A stretch of 64,000 nt of DNA, from positions 49,095 to 113,094 of IMG/VR virus record IMGVR_UViG_3300042896_000283. The stretch is one strand, 5' to 3'. Below the pieces are notes generated by a model. That model ran no database searches. It saw only the letters and a list, made by a program, of their open reading frames with translations, and had not been told where the DNA came from. Source of the DNA: a virus. Below, one piece after another: positions 17,692-29,600 of the stretch (within the stretch, counting starts at the first letter, position 1; the number at the start of each line of letters is the position of its first letter). Both the position numbers and the translations under genes were made by a program.

Positions 17692-20600
17692 TAGTAACAG
17701 TCTTTTAGTTTATTAATTACTTCTTCTTTGTTTTCAGCTATAGCTTTATTAATATAATCTTTAGCTTCTTCAGTAGTCATTTTATGCTTGTCAGCAAAAT
17801 TCTGTAATATCTCTTCTTTTCTTTCAGGAGTGAAATCTTCTATCGTATCAAAAGTTTCAGTAGTTCTAAACAAATCTAATTGTTCTCCTGGTTTTATTTG
17901 TTCAACTTTAGTTTGTGTAGATGTAATAGCTGGTTTACTAGGCATACCTGGTTCAAGAGGCATCACTCTTCTCATTGTAACTGTTACTCTATATGAACCT
18001 GGTTCATAAGCTTTACCATCTAACTTAGTTGTTAATTCTGGCAAGAAACTATCTTGAGGTTTAGCAAAAGTTCTATGATAAACTTCTCTGTTTACACCAT
18101 CAACACCAAATACATATCCTGCACCTGCTTTAAGATTTAATTGTTTAGGAGCACCATCTCTTGATTCAATAGAGAAGTTTCCTGTACCACCAATGTTAAT
18201 TCCTATTACAGGATAACCAATTGCAGATCTACTTTCATCTACATCATTATGAGAACTAATAAAACTATTAGGTTCATAAAGATTAATAATGGCACCATCA
18301 TAGTTAGTCATATCTACACCTGTAGCCTTTTGCATTAACTCTCTAAAACGAGCAGTGATAGGTGCTAAAGGTTGATTATTAATAGAATTATCATAGTATC
18401 CATATTTAGTTTTGTTTCCTGGATTGATAACATCTGGAATATTCATAGCTTGTTTTCCAGGATTGTTTGACTTATAATCCCATCTCAATCCTAATCCAAT
18501 CATTTTACTAGCAGCTTCTCCTTTATTAGTTTTAGCAGCTTGTTCTTCTAAGAATGGTTTTAGATAATCAAATAGTTCAAGTTGTTCATCTTTAGATAAA
18601 GCTTCTTGGTTTACATATATTCCTTCTTTAATTTCTACTCCTTTCGGTTTTCCAATCATTTGTGTAGGTGCAACTATTTCTTCTTCTGTTTGTAAAGATA
18701 CAATTTCTTCTGTAATATCACCACCAAAATAATCAATAATAACTGAATCAGGAATCTCATTCTCAATCTTCACTGTACCATTATTAAGAACAGATTTTCT
18801 TCCATCTAAATAGTATTCAGAAACTAGGTTACCATCACCAAGTAAGTTAACTAGTTTGTACACATAATCACCTTTAATAGTTGTTACAGGAGTACCATTT
18901 GAGTATTTCACTTTTTGATATCCAAATACATCTGTTAATGATGTATCTCCACCTAATCTTACAGCTCTCATTGCTTGTGAACTAATAGTTTGTCCAGTAA
19001 CAATATTGATGTTTTCACCTATTTTATTTGTAATCACTTTAGGCACTTTTACAAAATCACTATTAGCACCATTACGAGCATCATATATTGGACTCAATGT
19101 TAACACTAGTCTTCTCTCTTGCATAGTTGGTCCATCAAATCCTTCTAAGAATGGTGATACTTTATATTTATATACATCATTACCATATGGATCTTCTCCA
19201 ACATATTCTACTATTGGATCAAAGTTTTCATCTCTTTCAAAATAGAATCTAGGAGTGGTAGTAGGAACTATTGTTTCATCTTTCCAATTGTTCTTTTGAA
19301 ACATTCCTTTAGTGAAATATTCTACATCTGCATCATCTACTAATGTATCTATAATAGGTTTGATCTTTTTAGCATAATCTTCTATTGGAACAATGTTATT
19401 AATAGATATAGAAGATTGATAAGTTCCTTGTAAAAGAGCCACCTTAACAATGTTATTGTACAACTCAGGATCTAACTCTCTTAGTTCTCTCATCATCTCT
19501 ACATATAAGTTCTCATCATATGCTTCTTTTAAATTCACTTTAAGTTTGATAGTTTGTGTACCATCATTCTTTTTAGATGCTTCAGGAACAAGATCTTGTA
19601 GCAATCTCATATTAGGATATTTCACCTTAGCTTTTGCTAATTGCTCAGCAATAGAATTATCTCCTGTAGTTAATGCTAATATCTCTGTATTAAGTCCAGA
19701 TTTAATTTGTACAATAAAGTCAAGGAATGAAGCCTTAGCTTTACTAGCAACTTTAGAGAAATCATCATCTTTCATAAACTCTTGTTCTTCAAATGATCTT
19801 AACACTTCATTAGTGATATCTACAAATTGCTCTTGTTCAAGTTTAATAAATGAACCAACACTTTTCATTGCAAAGTCTATCAATCTTTTTTGATTACCAA
19901 TTGAACTTGAATCCAAAAGTTTATCTACAGAAGAGAATATGTTTTTATTTCTTGCTATATCTGTTCTAGTTGTTTTCTTATGGAAAGTATCAGAGTTTTT
20001 AAACTTAGTTGTATCATAATTTGTAGCTTGTGTAAACTTGAAACTATATTCAGCCATTTTAGAATACTTTAAGAATTCTTTAAGAATAGCTCCTTGTTGT
20101 TCATTTTCTTGTTTAGTTGACATCTTATTCTTATTATTAGCATAAGTTTCAATATTAGCTTCTAAACTATCTACATCAAATGATTCTTTTTCTGTACCTC
20201 TAGCTCCTACTTTAAGAAGACCAAACTTAGCTCTCACCTCATTTATATTTGATGGATTGTATAAGAATGAAGTTCCTTTATTTTCAAGCATGTCTAAGTA
20301 TTCAGAAATAATTGGTTGGTTCATGAACCATATTGTATTTTGACCAACACCAATTCTTTCTAAGAACATAAATGTTCCAATAGCAGCATCAGATTTAATA
20401 ATCTTCATAATGAATGGATCTTTTGCAATATCTACTACAGCAGTAGCATATCCAGAAAGTCTATTGGATATCTTTTCTAATGACCCTTTAGCATTTGGTA
20501 TAGCTGTATTAGTTCCAGAAAGACTCACCTCACCATCAATTTCATTATGTGGAAGTTTAACTTTACGATCTCCTAATATTGCTCTTTCATCATAAGTTAA

Positions 20601-23600
20601 TTTATCTGCTACAGCATCAATGTCCATAACTAGTTTCATTCTTTGTGCAAGAGCATGTCCTGTAATATTTACAGCAACAATACCTACCCATCTTTTACCA
20701 GTAAGGAATGCATGTCTTAGAGTTGTAAGATAGTTTCTATTAACCATTCTATTTTTAATAGATGTCTCATCATCTTTTCTTATATCATCTAGTTCTTTAG
20801 ATATATCTTTTAATCCAGCATCTCCAATAGGAGTAATTAAGTTTTCATAGTTACCTTCTAACGTAATAAGTTTTTCAAATGCATCAAAATATCTATTTTC
20901 AAGAGCTTTCTTATACATGTTATTAACATATTTATCTCTCATCTCTTTGTTCAATAACTTAGAGTCAAGTTTTTTTGTTTTTTCAGAAAGAGATTCTATT
21001 TGAGAAGTCATATATTCTGAAGGTAACATTTCTAAATCATCAGCTTGATAAGTTATTTCATTAATTAAATCTTCATTTCTATTATAGAAATCTTGTTGCT
21101 GTAAAGCTACTGCTTTTGAAATAGGTTTTGTATTTTCAAAAAAGTCAAGTAAGTCTTTTCTAAATTGATCACTATTAGCTATTTTCTCAATACTATTTTT
21201 AATTGTATTATCATACACTCCACCATAAAATTCTTTTGTAGCTTTTTCAGATTCTTTATAATCAACTGCATGAAGTCTTCCACTCTCATCTACATATACA
21301 GATTTAAGATACATATTTAATTTATCAATATCAAAATCTGATCCAGCTTGAGATGTAATCTCTGAAGGAACAATAACAGTTTTACCCATGAAGTCTGGTA
21401 AAAAACCTGCCACTCTAATAGCAGCCATAGAAGACATAGCTTGAGCAGGAATACGAAAAGCAATACCTTTTAGAATTCCTTGGTTCTCAGGTTTGTTTAA
21501 TTCTCTAATAAGATCTGCATCATTAGCAAATTTACCTTTAAGAGATTTCTTAAACCAATTAGGAATTAATACTTCCATGTAAGGATCTTCTTTTGTAGGA
21601 AAATGTAGTCTATCACTAGTAAGTACCACTTTACTTTTTTGATCTGCTGGTAACGCTTCATATTCAGCTATAGATAGTTTTCTATATCCATCTTTCTCTT
21701 TAATTGCAATACCTCTACCTTGTTTAGAATTCTCCCATCCTGTAACAGGAGCTTGTACATATCCTCCTCCACTCATTTTTGGAGAAACTAATGATTTATT
21801 AACCATTGAATATACAACATCTTTAATCTGTTTATATGCAGGAGATGCTTCAAATGGAATTCTGAACTCACCATTCTCATCTAATAGAATAGTATCTTTA
21901 GCATTATTAGAAAGTTGTCTTCTAAATAATTCATGTTCAAGAGTTTTTGAAATGATTGATGGATCTATTAATTCAAATTGACCCATACCAAGATCTTCTA
22001 CACCAAAGCTAGAAAGAAGTTGTGTATATGCATTATCATCAAGATCTTTAAGAGCTTGGTTATAATTATCAAATGCTTCTTTTGCTCCTTCAATAGTTTC
22101 TTCACCATTGTCAAACATATCTAATGTAACAATTTTGGTAGGTTGAGAACCTCTTGTTTGTTCTCCTCCACCTTCATATGAAGTTTCTAATTGAATACCA
22201 TTTATACTCCATGGTACTAGTACTTTAGTATATCTATCAAATGGAGTATCATTAAATGTTCCATCTTGATTATAAAGACTATGAGTTTTCTCTATACCAA
22301 GTTTTCTACCTGATTCAAATATTGCATAATCAATTCTTTCTTTAAACATTTTAATATATAACTTCTCAAGATTAGTTCCTACAACTGCACTATAATATAT
22401 AGGCATTTGAGAAGTTTTATCTAATACAAGTTTTATCTCATTTTCACCAAACTGACTACCTGATACAATTGGTTTAATTATATCAATTACATGTTTAGGT
22501 TGTGGTTCTGTTAATGTTTTTTCATCATTAAGTTTTAATTCTTTACTAGAATATTTATATTCTCCTTTATCAGATAATGATTTTCTAGTGAAAGCCATTT
22601 CATATTGATGCCAAGCTTCAGCTTCTTCAGGCCACTGTCCATTTTTATTTTTAACTTCTCTATAAGCTACATCAGTTATTAAAGAAAAAGCATCTGCTTC
22701 ATTTATACCTTCATATCTAATTGTATCTAACTCAACATCTTTTAATGTTACTGTAGAAGCATATTCTTTATTACCATGATACCCATAATCATCTGGAGTT
22801 AGTTCTATATCACCAACTTTGTTTTGACTATCTAAAAATGCATTAAACTCAGGACTATCAAATGTTGTTCTTCTTGGAGATAAGAAAGATTTAACACGTT
22901 TAGGTTCATCTAATATACCATCTTTAATTTTAAATTGATATGGATCTCCAAATAGTATTTTATGAAACTCTATATTATTGATAAAGTTATTTGCATTTAC
23001 AAATGTTATTACATTATCAAGTTGTGTTTCAGTCATTTTTAATTTATTGATACCTGACTTCATAGCAAAGTTACTATCAAGACCAACATATTTATACATG
23101 TTCTCAGAATCAGTCTTAGTCTTAACAGCTGATACCACTTCACCTTGTTTAAGTAAAATATCTTTTGTACCTTTTGCAATATCTTGTATAGATTTAGCTA
23201 CAGCGTCATTGATAGCTTTACTATTCTTAGCAATATAATCTTTAAACTCATCAGCTGATGTAGCTTCATCATCGATCATTATATTAAGTTCTTTCAATTG
23301 ATCTGGAGCATAGTCTTCTAATATCTCTTTAAAGAAACGTAACTCTTTAGCTTTTGAACCAACGCTTTTAAGAGTTTCTCTATTTTTCCAATCACGAGCT
23401 AATGCAATATCATCATTTAAATATCCTTTAAATATATCAAATATTTCATCCCAAGCTCTACCACCTACTATTTCTTCATATGATATATGATTACCAAGAT
23501 TCATCATCCATTCTGTAGCTCCATCTGCAGGAATAAGAATGTAATAATCTCCATTGATATTTTGGTTAATCTCTTGTGTAAATCTTTGACCTTTAGTTAG

Positions 23601-26600
23601 TTTACTTGTAGAAGTTCCTTTGTTTGTATCAATTGATTTTTTACCATCAATATAAGAAACTTTAATCATCTTAAATCTATTTCCTTCTTCATTGAAAAAT
23701 AACCCACCTTCTTTAAATGTAATAGCATTTTTAGAAAATACATCATTAAGTTCTGGTCTTGATATTTTTAATTCTTCTAATGTTTCTGAATCATTAAATG
23801 AATTTTCAAAAAATGAAGGAGCATTATTATCAGAGTAAGATTGTTTCTTACTTCCTTCAACTCCCATTAATGTATTCTCCTGATTAGGATTAGTCACTTT
23901 AACTTGTAATTCTGCAAGCTTAGCTATTTGTTTATTAATCTTTAATGTCTTACCATCTAATGTACCTATATCTTTAGCTTGTGGAAGATAAGCATATATC
24001 TCACCAACAGTATCACCAAAATCATCTCGTTGAGTTGATTTTAGTTTCAGGTAATCATCCATATTAAATGTTACACCTAAGTTCTTTAAGAAATTAATCA
24101 TCTCTTCAGGATCTTTAGGAAGCTTCTCAGGCCATAACTCTGAGCTTGTATTAACTTGATATGTTTTAGTTTCACTATTGAATCTAACTAACCCATTACG
24201 AGTTTTAGCTAGTGCTCTCATTTGACTAAACCAATCTTGTTCTACTTGTTTAGTTATTGTAAATTGATTAGCAGGAGCAGTGTACACTTCATTTCCTATA
24301 ACATATTGTATAACTGCATTTGGTTTTTGTTTTGTAAATGTTTGATAGAAGTTAATAAACAATCTCCAGTCTTCAGTTTTAAATTTACCAAAGTCTATAT
24401 TTCTTGAAAGACCACCATTTGTATCAACAGAATAAGATCCACCAATACGTTGAAAGAATCTAACATACGTAGCATCATATCCAGCTAAATCAACTAACTT
24501 ATCAATAACTTTATCAATACTTGTTGTATTAGATATCTTATCTAATAATGTAGCAAACACTCTACTAAAATTCACTAACTTAAATCCTCCAACAGAAGAC
24601 TTTTCTCTTATAGGTAATTTTAAACTAGTAGAGTTTTGTTGATTAGTAGGAACTACTTGTGGTAATGTAGCAGCAACAAGTTTAATAGCAAATGGAGAAG
24701 TTTTTTTATGATCAACTGTAAATGCTTCTTGAGAATAACCAACACTAGTTACATTCTCATCATTAATATCTACAAGATCTTCTTCATTAAAGTTTACACC
24801 TATTGTACGTAATAATTGTTTACCTTGTGTAAATAAAGCATTGAAACGTTCTTCTCCTAATTGTTGATATACATTACCAGTGATATATGCTTGTTTAATA
24901 TAATTATATATTTCAGCTCCTGTAATTTGTTGTAAATCAAATATAGATTCTTTATTATCACCAAATATATAATTTGCTGCACGAGAAAATATATCCTCTG
25001 CATATTCAGCAGCTTGTGTTTCTGTTATACCAGGAATTCTACTGTAAGCAGGTGCTCCTTTCTTTTGTGATTCAGAGATGATAAATTCTTTATACTTACC
25101 AGCATCAATAGCTTTAAAAAGATCTTTAGCTAATGAAGGTTTAGCAGATTTAAAGAAGTTAATAATTCTTCTAAAGAATCTAAGTACTAATTCACTTAAT
25201 GATCTAGCAGGAAGTTTACCCACTTTGAATTCACCAAAATCATCAGCTATTTTTTCTTCTATTTGTTTATCTGTAGCACTAGCATAATCTATTTTCTTAC
25301 CAGAAGCTCTATCTGTAAATTGTCCAGGTTTGTTTCTAAACTCATTATTAATATCAATTCTTTCATCAGCTGTTAAGAAATGTTGATACACAGGATGGAA
25401 CAGTTCATGGTAACCTACTGTTCTTGGTCCAGCTTTGTAAAACTTAGCTACACCATCAACAAATACACCAAAAGCTTTTTCTCCATCATATGTATCTACA
25501 AGATCTTCTAACACTTCTAATGGTACACCAGAAAGTTTTTCAGCTTGGAAGTCTTTTAATATTTGAATATCATTCTCAGACATTACATCTTCTTGAGCTG
25601 TAACTCCCACTCTCATGTAGTTATCATCAGGTAGGTCAGTATCATTTATATCAATAGGATCTATTTTCTCTTCAGGAGTAATCTCTGGACTAACTTCTTC
25701 TACAGTGGTAGTAGGAGCTTCATCTGCAACTACAGGAGCTTCTTCTACTTGTTGTGTACTTTGTATTTGTTTTAATTCATAAATAAGTTTATCACCAACA
25801 AATCTTACAACACGTTGATCATCACTATCTTCTTCATTAAATTTATTTTCATTTACTAAATAAGGATCTATAGTATTTTTTAACAATTCTTTATTTGCTG
25901 CAGCTTTTGATATTGTATCATTCACTTTAACATCTACACTTTCTACATTACCATCAGCATCTACAGTTCCTGTAAACTCAACTGGACCATTTGCAAATGG
26001 ATATATATTAGATGTTGTTCCATCCATTGTATATTCTCCTATCTTACCAGGAGTTGTTGGTGCAATAGGAGCAGTTTTAGCAGCCTGTACAACAGGAGCA
26101 GGTTTTATAATAGGAAGATCAAAATCAATTAATGTAGCATACTTTTGAGAGAATGAATAAGGAACAGTTGGTGTAGGAGCAGCCACTTTAGTTGTAAGTG
26201 GTGTATTTACACTAGAACGAGATGTTGTACCATCAGGAAGTTTACTTGATAATAAATAAGATTGATAGTTTTTCCAATATCTAGCTACAAGTTGTCCTTC
26301 AGCATTCTTCTCTCCTGTATATTCATAGAACTTACTAGTAAGATCTTTGATAGTTTTACTATTAATATTATGATGCGTATCTGTAAGTTGTTTTACAATC
26401 TCAGCTTCTTTGTTTTCAATATCTATAATAGGATATTTTACACCGCCTAAATAGATACTTCTACTATTAGTATCAATATAGAATTGATTACCTGATGTAG
26501 ATGCACCTTTACGTAAATACAATACATTCTGTAAGTATGCTAAATAGTTTACATCTATATCTAATGGTTTACCAGATGTAGATTTCTCTCTTATATCAAG

Positions 26601-29600
26601 AGCCAATGCTTTAATTACTTGATATACAGCATTAGCTTTCTCTTTACCTAATATACTATTGTTCAAGATTTCTAATACATCTTCATATTGAAGAACAACT
26701 ACACCCTTTTCTTTAAATGTAATATTTCTTCCTTTATGAGATATAAATCCTGCAGTGTTTATTTGAAGAAGTTTTGGTTGAGAAGATATTTTATTCTCAG
26801 GTATTAATATACCTCCAATTTGATTTCTCTCGTATTTACCATCTGAAAGTTTATTAATAATAGCTATACCTCTAGATACATCAATATCATATACTTTATG
26901 TTCTACTGTATTGTTTGCAAATAATCCAGCTCTCACTTGTCTCCAACCATTAGCTGCAGATGCAAGATTTTCTTTTTCACCTTGTCTATATCTAGGAACT
27001 CTTTGCCCAGTTTTAGGATCTGTATATGTATAATACAATTCTGTTGTAGGCATAGCTTGGAATATAGCTTGACTTACATCAATTGGTTGTCCAACTTCTC
27101 CTAAACGTTTTCCTGTTTTATCTACAAAATAAGATTTACTTTTATCTTTTTCAACAAATACTTGTGCAACAAATCCTAAATCAATATCATTCACTTTATC
27201 AACTTCAGTGATTGGTCTACCAAACTGAAGTTCTGTAAGCCCTTTAAGTCCTAAAGCTTCTTCATTATTAGTTGTAACTAACATTGCACCTATTTTAGAT
27301 GCGTTCTTGAAGTTCTTTATGTTGTTTAAGAACTCTCTAGAGTTTTTAACATGCTGAGGTGCATTAACACGATTCTGAACATTCTCAGATTCACTAGTAC
27401 CAGATATAAAGAAGTTTCTCCATGTCTTTAAGAAACTCTCATCTTCTTTTACAACAGCTTCTGATGTTGTAGTTTCTGTAGGAATAGGTGTAGCAATTTC
27501 TCCAGAATTAAGCTCTGCTTTATCCTGTTGTCTATCCACCTCATTTTTAGTCACAAGCATTGCTTGCTCTTCTTTTTCTAGAGCAGCATTCTTTTCTTTT
27601 ACAGCTTTGTATGTTTCATCTATATTATTTGTTATAACAGCAATAGCTTCATTTAATAAGTTTTCATTAGTTGTACCAAATAATCTTCTAAAGAATGTTT
27701 TTAATGAATTAACAAATGCTTCCCATGTAGAAGCTTGTGTATTCTTATATGGAATAGTTTGTAAATATCTTTGAAACTCTCTATTAGATAATGCTTCTGT
27801 TGCAAACTCATATATATTTTTGAATGCATAGTATTCACCATTCTTAATCAATCCTGCTTCAGCATACTTATTAGGATCATTCTTAAATGTTTCTTGTACA
27901 AACTTGAATAATGGATCTAACTCTTTAAAGAATTGTCCATTAGTATCTGATAAAGCATATGTGGTTAAGTCATGTCCTATCTCATGTAATAATATAAATT
28001 CTACAGGAATACTTCCACTCTCATAATCATCAGCAGTATCTTCATAGTTAATTCTACTCAATGCTGAATTTGCATCTACACCTCTAGTAGATGTTCCAGG
28101 AGTACTTAGTGTTCTATCACCTAATATGATTTTACTATCTCTTGTAGTGTATTTTAAGAAACCTAATGCTAATTGTTTTTCAAGTGTAGTGGCATATGGT
28201 GATTCAGCAATCTTCTCTAACACTTCATATTTACTCTTCTCTCCTTCACCATATTGATTTACAATATCAGCATATTTTCTTTTATCTGATTTAAATTTAT
28301 TTCTACTTTTACCAAAATATTGTGAATCATCTGTTTTAGGAGCAGCAGTTCTTGTCTTCTTTCCTTCTGGTGTAACTTCTGCTTTCTCTCCAGTAAATGA
28401 ATAGTTTTGTGGGTTATCTTTTAAATCATTATATTCATTAACAAATTGTTGTCTTCTTTTAGAAAGTTCAACTACATCTTTTAATTCTTGTTTAACAAGA
28501 TCTGTATCAATTCTATCTGACTTTTGTTGATCTACATTATATAACACCTTAGCAAGGCTTACTGATGTATCACTACTTAATTCATCATTTATAACATCCT
28601 GTACAGGAATATCTGCTCTTAGAAGTCTTGCAGATACTTGAGGAATACGTATATCATAATCAGCTATCTTAGCAGCTGCATACACCATCTTATCAATAAT
28701 TAATGGAGAATACTTTCTAATTTGATTACCTGCTTCATTAACTAATGGTTCACCTTCTGCATTTTGCATTACTGTACCACTATACCTAAGATTTAAAGAT
28801 TTATATAATTCTTCTGTATTCTTTGCTGTATTTTCAAATGAGTTTAATCTTTTTTGAAATGATTCAACTGTATCATTAATATTAGCTAGTCCTTCTTCTT
28901 TTAAATCACTAAGTCCTTCTTTAGACATTCCAGCTTGTCTAAGATCTTTGACATCATCCATAATCATATCAAATCTTCCAAACTTAATACGTGGAGCAAG
29001 ATATGTATGTAACATATCTGTATTAAGATCTCTAGCTTCTAATTCATCTCCTTGAATAGTTGCATCTCTTTGTTGTTCTTGTAGAGTAGTAAATCTATCT
29101 ACAGCTTCAAGTTTTTCTTTAAATGCAGCTTGAAATGTAGGAGCATTGTTAAGTTCACCAATAAATCTTTCTGTATTAGATTTTGCAGCTTTACCTTTAG
29201 CAATTTCTCCTTGAGGTCCAAATGTTTGCATTAATCCTCCAGTAATACCACCAAGTATTCCACTTTCAATACCTCCTTTAGATACTAATGCACCAACATC
29301 TTTTCCAGCTTCATCTTTACCAACCATTCCATATAAGAACCCATCAGTCCAAGCACTTGCTTCTTTACCATTACGTCCTTTATTAAAATAGTTTTCTGTA
29401 CCTATTTGTAAAGCATACTGACCAATCTCTTGTCCAGCTTCTTTAGGATCAAATGCATACTTACTTACTTTAGCAGCTCTTTCATAAAGTTTACCAAATT
29501 TAGTAGCTGCACCTTCTGCTGCTACATATTTACCTTCTTTTAATAATACATCATCAGCATGTCCTAATAAACTATTAGCAGCTTGTTTCTCAGCAGCATA

